Origin: Dipteris shenzhenensis
Taxonomy: Eukaryota
NCBI GenBank assembly: GCA_047967505.1
Contig: CM106538.1
DNA: 64,000 nucleotides
Strand: one strand, 5' to 3'
The notes below the pieces were generated by a model. It saw nothing but the letters and a program-made list of their open reading frames with translations. It was not told the DNA's origin and searched no databases. This document shows positions 1 to 13,521 of the stretch, piece after piece (the first letter of the stretch is position 1; each line of letters begins with the position of its first letter). Both the position numbers and the translations under genes were made by a program.

Positions 1-458
1 TAAAGTGAGAGTCCCAAAGGTGCCATTGGATATATTTTGGGACTTAATTTTATTTCGACTGAATATGGACTAGATAAATATGTAATTATCTTGTAATACT
101 TTTTTCTAACCCTAAAATTTTATCATGTTTCTAAAATGGAACTATAAATTTTGTGCACATTTTTAAAAAACAACTAGATTTACCTTGATTTTTAGAGAAT
201 CTCTAAAACAAAACGTTTGCAACTACCCAGCTAATCCTCAATAGTGTTTTGAAAAGGAAAGGTGCTTATAAATGGTAGTAGACTTTGGGTATTTGAGCAC
301 TTTTGGCACAAAATCTCTGAGCCTTCAAAGTATTATGGCTTCTCCACATGGTAGTGTGACCTTAGCACGAAATAAAGAAGCATCATTATTGGAAATGAAA
401 GGTTTGTGGATCTACCCTCATTCAAATAGAGAGTCTCTTATAGAAAGGGCACTTATGG

Positions 459-1450
459 CTACATTGACTGCTCATAATCAGCTAGGCAATGTATTCCATT
501 AGCAAGGAAGAATCTAGTTTCCCCAAATGTGCAGCACTTTTCCAGTAGCATGGGGTATCCTTGCTCAAACACAATGAATGTCACCTTGAAGTAAGTCTTT
601 CTTATCTTAAAGCATATATTCTTTAGCATATCCTTTTGCATCATTAGTCCTTTTCTCATCCACCATACAAATATTCAAGGGTATTAGTTTCAAGTTCTTC
701 AGTTTGTTTGGACTTCTTTTGAGATGCTGCAGACTTGAGATCCTCAATAGGTTTTCTTTTATCTAGTATCTATTTTCTATCTTAATGGATCCTAGCTCCA
801 ATTAAGAGAATGTATGATAATTCAATACAAGCTTCTTCTTAGAGTGTGCACACTCTACTATCTTGCATTTCTGCCTCCATGGATCATGACCTAATCAAAG
901 CTATTGGAGAGGATGAAGCTTTGGTAGATGAACTCTTGAATAAACGTAGGTCATCATTGTGTAGGACAATGAGGATCTTAATAGTATTGTGTGCTGATGT
1001 CTTCAATTTTTTGAGGAAGTTGTGTGGCCAATGCTTTCTTTACCCAAGATTTATTGTTGGTCCCAATAGTATTTTTGACGATTTAAGAGATGATGTGGTA
1101 GTTCCTATATAGAATATTTCCAAAATGCATTTGATGATGCTAGCTCAATGTTCAAATGGGATTGGCATTCAAGTTTGGCAAGGTATTTTCTTTCCTTCCT
1201 AGTAGACAAGTGGAGATTGACTATGCTATGATCGTGGAAGTTTAACAATATCTCTATCATTGCCCCCATTTCTTTAAAATAGTAGGTGTTCCTTGCTCAC
1301 CTACCTTCCTCTACATTGGAGAAATGTAGGCTTAATGCATTAAATGGGATTCACTTAATTCCTATTAACTAGCTTTACATTGTAAAAGTCTTTTTAGATG
1401 GTTTATAGGGAACCATCTAAATGTTCTTCCCCAATGGGAATATACACCCC
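459..1450 (-). pseudogene. Highly decayed Ty3/gypsy gag-protease-like remnant
   Basis: ORF 459-659 has KICFKIRKTYFKVTFIVFEQGYPMLL, resembling a retropepsin C-terminal half; the rest is broken and the extent is approximate. Confidence 0.3.
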
Positions 1451-1487
1451 ACAATAAATGAATCATGAATTTCAAGGAGGAGGATAG

Positions 1488-1762
1488 TGATACTTGTTGG
1501 AGGATCAAGGTAAGGAAGTAGAGTGCAGAAGATAGCTAATTATATACTACATTGTATCGAACATAAAGATGGATATATACATGAACCCAATCAGGATTAG
1601 GGGGCTCAAGGGGAGAGAGTGGAGTGAAAAACTAGTGAAATTTACAAATGTTTTATTGAATATAATATGAATACATACATGAACCCCTTAGGGTTAGGAT
1701 AAGGGTTAGGGTTTGACCCTATGCCCTATTTTTATGGCACAATTTACACCATCCTTAAGACA
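1488..1762 (-). mobile_element. Two abutting LTR remnants of the short-LTR copia family
   Basis: Reverse complement reads GGATGGTGTAAATTGTGCCAT...GGGCATAGGGTCAAACCCTAACCCTTATCCTAA, matching the LTR at 6865-7042; a second partial LTR 3' half lies at 1488-1605. Confidence 0.65.
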
Positions 1763-3208
1763 CCATCTTAAATTGAAGTGGATGAGTAGAGAGTGCATGC
1801 ACAAGATCTGTTTTTGTTCATTGTTTGTGATAGCAACCAAAATTGAAAAAGAAAGGCTAGAAAGCTCCAAGTAGTATGTGCATGTGTGAGCATAGTGACT
1901 ATATAATGATAGATTTCGATATAAAGAAAATCTATCCAATGAGTACAACTAGAGGATCTCCCCCTTAAATTGTAGATCATCCTTCTCCTTTGGGAAAAAA
2001 TAATAAAAGGTAGCGTGAAGGAAAGAGGGAAGTATGCCAAAAAGAAACCCTTCCTAGATCAAAGACTGATTGATGAATCAATGACTACAAGAATGACCAT
2101 GTGCTATAAATGGCTAAGCCATGAGCATGTCAGGGTTGAGCATTTCATAACTCAATGTGGACTATGAAGCTGATTTGTTGAGATTAGTTTATTTTTTAAT
2201 GTTTTGAGCTATTGTGTCCCAATTGTAGGAGTTGTTGAAGTTGCATTAAATTTCCTCAATTATTGTTGCCTTTGTGATGTAGTTTGTCAAACAATTTGTG
2301 TTGTTGAAGGTTTCTTTTGGGTCATTTTGTTTGCATTTGCTTAGCTTTTCTTGTTGTTGCTAGTTCATTGCCTATCATTAAAGTTTGTGTTTCTTGCTTG
2401 AGTTAAGGATCCTTGCTTACTTCATGCTCATTGCTAGCTATGCTCTTTGTTGCAGGAGTGCTACCGTTTGGCTATGAGAATGTGTCATTGCTACTTTGTG
2501 TTAGTTTCTACCTTTGTAAAATTTGTTAAGGTCATCGTTGAGCCTAGACGAGGTCGACTATTTTCCTCTATGCCACTATTTTGTTGCTTGATCTTTTAGT
2601 TGTTATAGGCTGTATGACTATTACTATTTGCATGTCAAGGCCTACTCAGGAGCAGCAAAGTCTCATAAAGATACATGGTTAAAGCTAAAAGTTCCACTCT
2701 TAAACCTATAGAGACGTTCAAAATCCCTGCCCAACCTTCATTGAATGCATCCCAACCATAGGCAGGAATCTTGCCCATTGATGCACCTTGACGGTAGGCC
2801 GTGGTGGCAATTATGCCACCGATTGCCAGCATTGGCCATGCTCCCCCGTGTGTGCCCGTCTTCGTCGATGCCCATTTCAAGAAAAATGCATCCCTGCAGC
2901 AAACAAGAATTGGGCCTATCCAACCAAGTGATACGGTGCCTACTTGCTAGCAGATGAGTCGAATTGCCATCGATGATGCAATTCCAAGCTTGCATCACTT
3001 TCCCGCCAGGCTACATACTCCCCGTGGTTCTGTCAACTCCACTTTGGGAGCCTGTGTGTTGTCCACCATCTTCCTTCAAGGTGATTGCCTGCACCTCTTA
3101 TCATTTTTGCCCTCTAGTCCTTCCTTTGCTCTTCTTTAGTTTCGATCGTGCGTGTTTTAGCGTTCAGCCTTCAGCCTTCACGTTTTCGTATCCATCTTTT
3201 TATGTCTA

Positions 3209-3797
3209 TGTTACACGACCACAAAGGAGTCTCAGCTCTCTTGTTTCCACCCCATGGATTCCCTTAAGTCCCATGAACTTGTTCTCTCTTAAGTCCCTTC
3301 TGGAATCCTCCCTCCTAGCCCAATGCTTTACATATGGTGTTCTCTTGAGTGCCGTGTGTCCATATGGACCTTAGAACCTCTATGCCCATTTAGGCCTTAC
3401 TTATGCACTCCATATTGTTTCCTAGGCCTAGGGTAATCCCTAGTCGCCAACCCTCTACACTCCCATTAATGCAAGCAATGTCAAGCCCTCTAGTTTCCCG
3501 CTTCACCATAACCACACCAGATGGTTCCAGGATTATGGCTGACATAACATTCCCTTCCCCTTAAGAATGGTTTAAGTCCTCAAAAACAAAATTGGAAAAC
3601 CTTCTATGGAGACTGCTTACCCTTTCCCATGTTGGACTCTCTTCAGATCTATCTTTCCACTTAACCAAACATTATTGCCATATAGTAGTCATTATGATCA
3701 TCTCCCAATTTTCTTTTTAGCCTACTAACATGAAAAAATGGATGTACTCTAAATCCCTCAGGTAAGGCTAATTTGTAAGCGAGTTCTCCAATCCTCT
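3209..3797 (-). mobile_element. 3' end of a chromovirus gypsy: integrase tail and chromodomain (3563-3797), PPT (3550-3562), 3' LTR (3209-3549)
   Basis: Reverse complement aligns with 28023-28705, with an internal deletion; the 341-bp TGTTA...TAACA LTR compares with 340 bp in the intact relative; PPT AAGGGGAAGGGAA. Confidence 0.85.
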
Positions 3798-3820
3798 ATA
3801 GCATATAGTTCCTTGTCATA

Positions 3821-6560
3821 TGTGATGGAGAGGAGGTCTTATCAGAGAGCAACAAAGAAAGGGAGAACACCGAAATTGTGGGTGCTAACTCACCCAAATC
3901 AAGGTAAGCTCTTATTGTGTATGTATGGTACAAAGGGGTATAGACTGGACCATTGGCCTTTACCCCAACAACCTCCCACTTAAAGGCCAATGCGCCTTTA
4001 AGGGAGAAGATGGGCATCCTAATGTCATCTGACACCCATCAATACTCTGCAATGTGCAAACTGCTCTGAGGAAAGACTCTTTGTAAGAAGATCTACAGGG
4101 TTCTCATCTGTGTGAACCTTGACAATCTGGATGTACTTCTCCTCAATCACCTCTCTGATGAAGTGATACTTCACATCAATATGCTTTGTCTTTGCATGGA
4201 AGATAGGATTCCATGCCAACTGGATGGCACTCTGACTGTCACAGTGCAAAACTACAACCTCTCCTGCAATGCTCAAGTATCCCACTAGACGAGTAAGCCA
4301 TATAGCTTCCTTGCATGCCTCAGTGGCTGCAACATACTCTACCTCTGTGGTAGACAAAGCCGTACATGGCTACAAATGAAAGACCCATGAAACTGCACCT
4401 CTAGTGAATGAGAAAACATATCCTATAGTAGACCTCCTGGTGTCTACATTCCCTGCAAAATTAGTATCTGCATATCCAACAATAGATGTGTCCTTCCAAA
4501 GAAAATGCACATGTTCTTTGTACCATTCAAGTATCTCATGATACCTTTCACTACCTCCCAATGCTTCTTGCCAGGATTTGCCATATACCTACTAACAGCT
4601 CCCACTGCAAAAGCAATATCTGGATGTGTAACAACCATGGCATACATCAAGCTTCCTACTGCGGATGCATAAGGTATCTTTGCCATTTCAGCTTGCTCCT
4701 CATCTAACATAGGGTTGTCCGCTTGGCTGAGTTTCACATATGGAGGCAACGGAGTACTTATGGACTTCCCTCTCTCCATATTGAAATGCTCAAGTACCTT
4801 GCTAATGTACTCTTTCTGTGACAAATGAAGGAGTTTCTTATTCCTATCCCAAAACATCCTCATGCCAAGTATGTGACTGGCATCACCCAAATCCTTCATG
4901 TCAAAGGTCTCATGCAACCTTTTCTTCAAGGCATCCACATCCAAAGTAGATTTCCTAGCAATAAGCATGTCATCAACATATAAAATCAAAATAAGAAGGC
5001 TGCCATCTGATGCCTTCTTTGTGTAGAGGCAATGATCTATCTCACTCCGTGTGTACCCTTGGGATCGCATAAATGCATCAAACTTATCGTACCACTCCCT
5101 AGGAGCCTACTTTAGCCCATAAAGACTTTTATGAAGCTTGCATACCATCCGTTCTTTGCCCTGCACAACAAACCCCTCTGGTTGTTGTATATAGATGTTC
5201 TCATGAAGATCTCCATGTAGAAAAGCTGTTTTTACATCCATTTGTACAAGCTCCATGTCCTCTCTAGCAACTAATGCAAGCACTATATGAAGGGTAGTCA
5301 TCTTCACCATTGGGGAAAAGATCTCATCAAAGTCAATACCCTTCTCCTGCTTAAAACCCTTGGCTACCAACCTTGCCTTATACTTAGGCAATGCATCTGC
5401 TAGAGACATCTTCAACTTGTAAACCCATTTGCATGGCAATGCATGCTTTCCTTTGGGCAAATAAACCAAATCCCACGTAGCATTCTTCATCAAAGAATCC
5501 ATCTCTGACTACATAGCCTTCTCCCACTTATGCTTGTCATTCCTAGACATAGCATCCTCAAAGCATGAAGGCTCACCACAATCTGTCAACATGACATAAT
5601 CTAGAGATGGAGCATATCTCTGTGGAGGTCGTGAGACTCTAGTGGAACGTCTCAACACTTGCTCCCCATGAGCATCTTGCTATCCCAAGTGATTTTCCTG
5701 CATAACTTGAGGTTGTCCACCTAGATGTGGCTCTCCCACCTCACGATCTCTCGGCTGTCCATGCCCTGCATCATGTGGAATAGGTTGTGCATGCCTCTCA
5801 TATGGTGGTTGTCCATCCTCTTAAAACACCACTCTACGTATCTCAACAGTCTTTTCTGGCTTCTTGTGCATCTTGTCCTCATTAAAGATAATATCATGGC
5901 TGTGTACTATCTTCCTGGCCTTTGGATCCCATAATTGATATCCCATCTCGCCTGAATCACCATATCCAAGAAAAATGCACTTCCTTGACTTTGGATCAAG
6001 CTTGCTGCGTTTTTCCTTAGGGATATAAGCTTCACAACCAAACACACAAATATGCTGATAAGATGGTGGCTTGCCTGACCAAACCTCTTCTGGCACTTTC
6101 CCATCTAGTGCCTTGCTAGGTGATCTATTGATAAGATGTACTACTGTCTTGATAGACTCAGCCCAAAAGCCATGAGGTAGACCAGCATTAGAAAGCATGC
6201 TTATATTCCTTTCTTGAATAGTTCTATTCATCTCCTCAGCAACCCCATTCTGAGAGGGATTCTCAGGAGTAGTCAACTCCTGCTTGATGCCACGTAGCTT
6301 ATAAAAATTCTTAAATGCATGAGAGGTATACTCTCCTCCATTATCAGTGTGCAAGCATTTGAGCTTCTTGCCCGACTAATTTTCAGCAAATGCTAAGAAC
6401 TTTTGAAATGCATCAAAGACATCACTCTTCTTCCGAAGAGGATAGAACCACACTTTCTATGTAGCATCATCAATGAAAGTAGCAAAGTAAGAAGCACCAC
6501 CCAATGAGACAATAGGCATAAGTCCACACACATCACTATGAACCAACTCCAATGGTTGGT
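3821..6560 (-). mobile_element. 5'-truncated Ty1/copia: IN-RT-RNaseH, PPT 3971-3980, short 3' LTR about 3821-3970
   Basis: Pol ORF fragments followed by AGTGGGAGGT and TGTTGGGG on the minus strand. Confidence 0.9.
4025..6560 (-). pseudogene. pol: Copia pol pseudogene (integrase, RT, RNase H)
   Basis: TDNGGEY, KYKARLVAKGF, QMDVKTAFLHG, LYVDDMLI, HCDSQSAI, TKHIDVKYHFIRE across ORFs broken by stops and frameshifts. Confidence 0.95.
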
Positions 6561-6864
6561 AAGTGATTCAGCAAGTAAAGTGATTAGAAGAAAAGAAAAA
6601 TAATGCCACACTTTAATTTTTAGGCCAAATTTGGAGTCTTGTTGTAATTGTTTACATGTGAACAGAAATTGGAAGTGCTGTTAAAAAGAACAAGAGTGCT
6701 CTCCCTTTTTAGGGCTCTCTTGTAACCATCCATGTTGCTAGCCCCTCTCTTTTTAATGGAGTTGCTTTGCTCTTGGCTACCTCTCCACCTCCTAACCCGA
6801 GGACTTCTCCTACTAGGTCTATAGCTAAGAGAGCATTGTTTGAGTCTCCTATGTATGATTAGAA

Positions 6865-9740
6865 TGTTGAGGATGGTGTAAATTGCACCATACCTCTAGG
6901 GCATAGGGGCAAACCCTAACTCTTATCCTAAGGAGTTCACATGTATACATACCTTCATGTTCATGTTCAATACAACTAAGTGTACAAGTAGCTATATTGT
7001 GTGAACTCCTCTCTCTCTCTCCCTCTCTCACTTTCGCTATCATGGTGGCAGAGCACCATGTGCTCCTAAGCCGTTGCATCCCATCAAAGGCACTAAGCCC
7101 TCCATGTGTGAGGAATTCTTCAATCCTTGTGTGAGAAATTTCCATTTGAGAGAGAGCGTTAGGCCCTTGTTCCATTGAGGCGACAAGCCCTCCATTTGAG
7201 GCATCTTCTTCTCTTTAGGAGTTCATCTTGTAGATCTCTTTTCACCCTTTGTTTTACGTCAAAAAGCTCCCAAATCTAATAACTGGAGCTCAAGATATGC
7301 TGTTGAGAAGTTTTTATGAGAGATTTCCATAGTTATGTAAGGTCTTTATAAGGTCATGTGAGAGAGAGAAGCCTGCTTAAAACCCGGGCTCCTCAAAGGC
7401 TTGACTTCTTCCTTAGGAAGCCGGTCACTCAGGTGTTATAAGCAACTGCTTCAACAAGCAGTTTTCAAGCAACCTTCATAGGCCTTCCTGGACTTCAAAC
7501 ACAATTCATGATACATGAAGCTTAGTCGGATTCAAGAACGACAGCCCCAATGAATTGAAGCTCCAAGCTCATGCACAGTTAGCCTCTCGACGCAGCTCCT
7601 ACAATGCTAGTCCTAGCATCCACAAAAGCTTCTGAAGTTCCTCAACAACGCCTCTGTTTTGCTGCCTGGGCCGACCTTTTGAGTGCGCATGCTTGCTAGA
7701 TTCAAGCACCAAGGGCAGGATGGCCTATGCACCTTCAAAGGGCTTACAAGGATTCTGGAGCTGAGATGACTGAAACAAAATCTCCTATGAAGGGGCACCT
7801 GCAAACTCAGTCCTGGCACTCCCTAACCCAACGACATGCAGTGATCAAGGATGACTAATGCCATACGGGACTACAGTGGCCACACAAAAAATGGCACATG
7901 ACTAGAACCGACGGACTCCCTACAATGCTAGCTCCATCACTCACGACCTACACACTCCAGCAACTCCTTTGACGACCGCAATCGGGCTCCAATGAGCCCC
8001 TAACTCCATTGTTGCAGCTACCTCAATGGCTCACGACAGTCAGCTCATCAACTCGACTGCAAGCTATGACAAGCTTCAATGTCTCCTCGATATCCTCCTA
8101 CAGCCACGAGTGGCCAAACGTCCACGAAGTGCCACAACCAAAGTACCTCGACTAGCTTCCATAACTCGTTTCACAACGAAGGCTCCTACAACGGTGCCTC
8201 AACAAGACCTGTGATCTACACCATGTGATGCAATTTCTCCACATTTTTGGCCTCCACAACAACATCAGCAAAAGCATCTCCACTTACAGCCATCTACATG
8301 ACAAGATGACACCAATCAACACTGGCCACTCCACCACCAACCTCGGCTCCAAGCATGCTGTAAGCGCCAAACACGCCATCCATGCTCCATTCGATCTGAC
8401 GAGCCTCACGATGCTCCACAGCAGACGACAGAAAGATGAGAACAACAAGAGATTCGGCCACCACCAACAAGAGATTCGGCCACCAACAGCTCCAGTGAAC
8501 ACATAATGCCTAAGCGCAAACACGATGCCGTTCCACGACATATAAGATGATTGCCGATGGAATCTATTTAGATTCTGCTAGAATCTCAAAAAGATTCAGG
8601 CCGCACAAATGAGCTTCGTATTGCCTAGCAAGCCACCATATATTTTGACGCGTGGCAAGCACCGTTTATGTGCCACATCGTCCACCTAATCTGCCACGTG
8701 GAAACTTTCCCTACCATGTCATCTTGTTGACACAAACAAGTGTGCCACATCAGCGGGACACATTTAGTTACCACATCAGCACTGCCATGTAGGCAATGCC
8801 ACATCATTAGCCAGGTCATTAGCTACCCATTCAACATCCATGTCATCAGTGCCACATGGTAGTCCCTTGCTAGGCACAATTTCCTACACAGGCACAATGT
8901 TTTATTCAGCATGTGACCCTCAGTCTACCACATCATCATGTGCCACCATCACCCTCTCGTGATCAAAGTTTGGCCTATCCTTCCAGGGGCCATATCTTTT
9001 GATCCAGCAGGAATTTCGCAGTGCTCCAAAAAGAAAAATTGCTCACCAGCTCACGCTCTATGCATTTGTTACCTCAAATTTCACATTTGAGTTTTCCACA
9101 GGCTAGTATCATTAAAATCTCATCATTGGAACCACCTCCTGATCTACTGTAGCGTACCCATCACATAAAATGAATTAAGATAAAATTCATTTGTTGTATT
9201 TTGCGATTTGACGTGAAGTCTAGCTATAGACTAACACATCCATAGAGGAGATCCAACTCTACCAAGCCAAGCCATTGCCACATTATCCAATTAGTTCCCA
9301 CCAACGTTAATCCATGCGGTTCTATCATCGGTATACACATTCACACATCTGACCCCAGTTCAGTACTCTTGGCATTCGGCAGTTCATCACTCAGTGTGAC
9401 ACTTGGCAATGATCTTTCTTCTAAAATTCAGGATTGTTGCATTCTTCTTGCACATGTACAATCATTTTCATTGACTATTTTTGGCATTGCTTCCTGCACA
9501 CATACATAAACCTTGTACAACCTCTTGGCATTATGTTACAGGCTTGATCCTTAACACACACTTGTTCTCATATGACTTGGTTCCAACGAAATCCACAAAA
9601 AGGTCTTGTACATGCACCAAAGCTAATCCCAAACAAAGGAAAAGGTATTAAGTTGTGCAACCACCGCACTGGTTCTATTTTAATGCAGGTTGCAGTCAAT
9701 CCTAAACCAAGGAAAATGTATTTCTTTGCAACCACCATGG
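6865..9740 (+). mobile_element. Old copy of short-LTR copia family: 5' LTR 6865-7042, degenerate PBS 7043-7054, long leader; coding region not recognisable
   Basis: TGTTGAG...TATCA then TGGTGGCAGAGC; decayed CCACGTCA array at 8640-8950 and conserved block at 8992-9090 shared with 14543-17215 and 51906-59383. Confidence 0.75.
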
Positions 9741-10693
9741 TGGCTCTTGGAACTGTTTTTCAAAGACACTTAATAAAAACTAACAACTCAACAATTCCTA
9801 AGAGCCTCATGGGGCAATAATTGAACAAAAGAGATCACATTTATAAAAACTTAGCAATTGCTGAGAGCCTTAAAGCCCTAAAGATTACATCTGACCGGGA
9901 TAAGCATTCAACCACATTGCTGAGTGGTTATGAGCCTCATTGAGAAAAAGTTGCAAAGAGGATATTTGTACAACTCAGTATTGTTGATTGTTGCTGATAG
10001 ACCACTATACATTCTTGTATCCAAAGGCTAGCCCAACGTATTGTGTTTGAATTCTTGGGGAGCCGATGGAGAGGTCAAAGATCATGCACAAATGCAAGAC
10101 TCAGAATTCGCCCCCCCAACAAGATGAGAAAAATTTTCTCTAACAGTTGCTAGCCCTTCGTCAATGGCTCTAGGGAATCGAGAGAGCACATCCATAAAGA
10201 GGCCAGCTATGTGCATACCATCTAAGGTGGCGAGATGGAGATGTGGGGGGAATCGATGGAGATTATGAAGACATTGCACAAGAGTAGGCATTTCAAGTCC
10301 TGGTGAGCATAACACAATGACTTTATACGCGAAAGCAGACAAGATTGGGATCGCATTGTATCGAGGGGGGTTTACTAATGTTGGCTATGCTTCTTGTAGT
10401 TCCTAGCATGGTATAAAGAGTGGGTGAGCAGTGGGGTAGATGAGCAGGGAAGTAGATGAGCGGATGAAAGCAAATGGATGGAGCATGGAGTAAGGTAGCC
10501 GATTAATGGTGGATGAGAGCTGGAGGAGGGAGCGTGTAGCAAAGTATAGAGCAAGGGTGGATGAGAGAAAAGTAGCCAAATCATGTTCAGGGCCATGGTC
10601 AAATAGTAATAGTGGCACTCTAATATTAATAATCAGCATTCAAGCCACAGCAGTGATTGGATGCCTCATCTTAATAAGCCACCTCACACCCGG

Positions 10694-10949
10694 GGAGGTC
10701 ACTAAGAAATATGTAAGATAGCACGTGCAATCAACGGAAGGGGTTTGATATTTTTATGGAGTTATAAAAAATATACATACATAAGGGGGTTTATAATTCC
10801 AAAAGTGAAAATTTTCATACATAAGGGATACTTTAATCATCTCAAAATTTTTAGAAGGGGTGTATATAGGTATAAAATTCATAGGTAGGGGTTTTTTTAA
10901 ATACCTCTTGACTGCATGTGCTATATGGGGTTTTTACATAGTGCCCCCC
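10694..10949. mobile_element. MITE-like element, copy 1
   Basis: Ends GGAGGTCACTA...TAGTGCCCCC, subterminal inverted TAGCACGTGCAATCAA / TTGACTGCATGTGCTA, AT-rich and non-coding; inverted second copy at 36466-36751. Confidence 0.75.
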
Positions 10950-12385
10950 TCCCCATCGAGAATCAAAATCTAAGCTAGCACAGTGATTGGAGGCCCGATG
11001 GTAATCATGAGCCATCTTAAATTACTCAAAATCTAAGCTAGTATGGTGATTGAAGGCCATAATCAAAATTCGAGCTACATTGCCTAAAAAATAATCGTCG
11101 ACATGCAAACCCATCCAATTATAGAATCATAAGCTCCTATTTAATCTCATGCCACCACAATGTGATTGGTAATTTTTATTGCACTAAAAATAGTTTTGCC
11201 CAAAAAATAATCGTATGCAAGTTTGGCATGCAATCACATGTCGGACGTGGTGGCTGGTAATTAACATTGGGACATACAAATAATCATGAACGAGCCACCA
11301 TGCTAGTGACTAATGGTTCTAAAAATTGCATGCATGCTGGTGCACAGTATGGATGGTCCAAATAATCATGAAGGAGCTGCCATGCCAATGACTAGTAATT
11401 ATATGGTAATTAAATTGCATGCAAGCCTAATAAAAATTCAAGCCAGCAAGTACTCACCTATCACCCATTCAAATATTCATTAAGAAGCCATCGTGGTGAT
11501 TGCTAAACTATACTCTAACTAATTTGGCCAAAAAAGACATGGTTTAGCCACCTCAAACAACCACTGTCACATGAGACAGACCATAGCAGTGGCCTTCACT
11601 TTACTTAAGCCTCCACCATTCCATTTCATTCACCAATTTTGAGTCCTTTCACTATTTTTTCTAATTACTCCTTCGCCATTTCTAGATCCCTTTGCCATTA
11701 CCTCTCGATCTTTCTCTGTTGTACTTTTTCTATGGATCTCCTCTCCCAAACGTGTCATCTTGGTCCTCCATCTTTGCATAGTTTGAGAGCATCTCACACA
11801 ATCTTTCCTCCCCAGCCTTGAAATCATGACATGCGAGAACTCCTCACACAATCCTTCCTCCCCTAACCTTGAATTGTGACATATGAGAGCTCCTCACACA
11901 ATCGTAGAAAGACCAATTTGGTTCTCTCTCCAACTTCACCAAGTTGATAGATGAAGTGAACACGAAGGATGGATACCTTATCTATCAAAATCAGAAAATT
12001 AACATTAGTGAAAGCATGATTGAAAAGGAACTAGGCATTCTTGGAGGTGATTTGCAAGATACTTGCATTAATTTGTTTGATTTTTTTTAAATTAAAAAAA
12101 CGAGTCAAATACACGTTTTTTTCGATTTAAAACATAGTAATCAAGTTATCCTATTGTTTTTGTACAAATACTTCAATCGTATGAATAAATTTATTCATAC
12201 GAATAACAGTTTATTTGTACGGATACAAGTAGTATAAAGAAACTAGACCTTCATTTGCAACCTGTATTCAGATGAATACTCCTATCATTTTCTTCTTGCC
12301 TACCTACCTACTAGTACCCTCACCTACCTACAAGTACACCATTTTTGTTCTCGCATAGGTAAACTTATCTCCCATGTTCAAGACT

Positions 12386-13005
12386 GGCACTCATCTCTCT
12401 TATGAGAGTTGTGTGTTGCAGTCTTGGTTTCAATATTTAGGTTTGCATGTTTGCATTCAGGGCTAGTACTCATCTCTTTTATGAGAGTTGTGTGTTATAG
12501 TCTCCGCTTTGATTTTAATGTTTGTTTTTAATCTAAGGTTGGCAATCATCTCTCTTGTGAGAGTTGTGTGTTATAGTCTTGATTTCAATGTTCATGTTTG
12601 CATTCGAGGGTAGCACTCATCTCTTTTATGAGAGTTATGTGTTTTAGTCTCCACTTTGATTTTAATGTTTGTTGTTTATCTAAGGCTGGCACTCATCTCT
12701 CTTGTGAAAGTTGTGTGTTGCAGTCTTAGTTTCAATATTCATGTTTGCATTCAGGGGTAGCATTCATCTCTTTTACAAGAGTTGTGTGTTGTAGTCTCCG
12801 CTTTGATTTTAATGTTTGTATTTTATCTAAGACTGGCACTCATCTCTCTTGCTAGAGTTGTGTGTTGCAATCTCAATTTTTTTAGATGCTTAGTCTGGCA
12901 CTCATCTCTCTTATCAATCTTGAGAGTTGTGTGTTAAAGCTTAGTCTAAGTTTAGAGATGTTTTCATACATGTGGTCTGGCACTCATGTCACTCTTGAGA
13001 GTGCA
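12386..13005. repeat. Tandem repeat with alternating 71/76-bp monomers (147-bp dimer)
   Basis: Core GGCACTCATCTCTCTTATGAGAGTTGTGTGTT starts at 12386, 12465, 12541, 12612, 12688, 12759, 12835, 12897 and, degenerate, 12979. Confidence 0.95.
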
Positions 13006-13521
13006 CCCATGTCCCTAGCACCCACCTCCTCAAGTACCATTGTATCCCCAAGTATTACTGCATCCCCTCCATCCATAGCCCACAACCACTGCATCCCCCA
13101 CATCCATAGCCACAACCACCGCTTTTCTTTTTTGCACATGGTCCCCCACCTCCTTTATCACTATATCCACACTCAACTTACATTCCAGAATTTGTTGCAC
13201 ATCCCTCGATGAGGCTACATCATGATTTCACACCTTTTGCACATCGCCCAGCACATCTAATGAGATCTTTCTATTCAATTATTAATCAAACCACTCTTTA
13301 ATTATTGCTTGAGTTGTTGAATGTTTGCAGCCATTTGAATACAACTTTCCTTAATACAAACTAAACTATTTTATGAACTTCATTTATACAAACAAGCTAT
13401 TCAGGATCGTAACCAGCACGGTGGTAGTATAGCATAAGTGGTCTCACAATTTAGGATCACAACTAGCAAGGTGGTAGTATAGGATACGTGGTCACTAGTG
13501 TGGTGGTTGGTTGCATATGAT

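Noticed and set aside
1685-1720. Interstitial telomere remnant
   Set aside because: Part of the copia-family LTR motif, only 2-3 units
12386-13005. CRISPR-like repeat-spacer appearance
   Set aside because: Spacers are not unique but alternate between two sequences; repeats are degenerate; no cas genes; eukaryotic context
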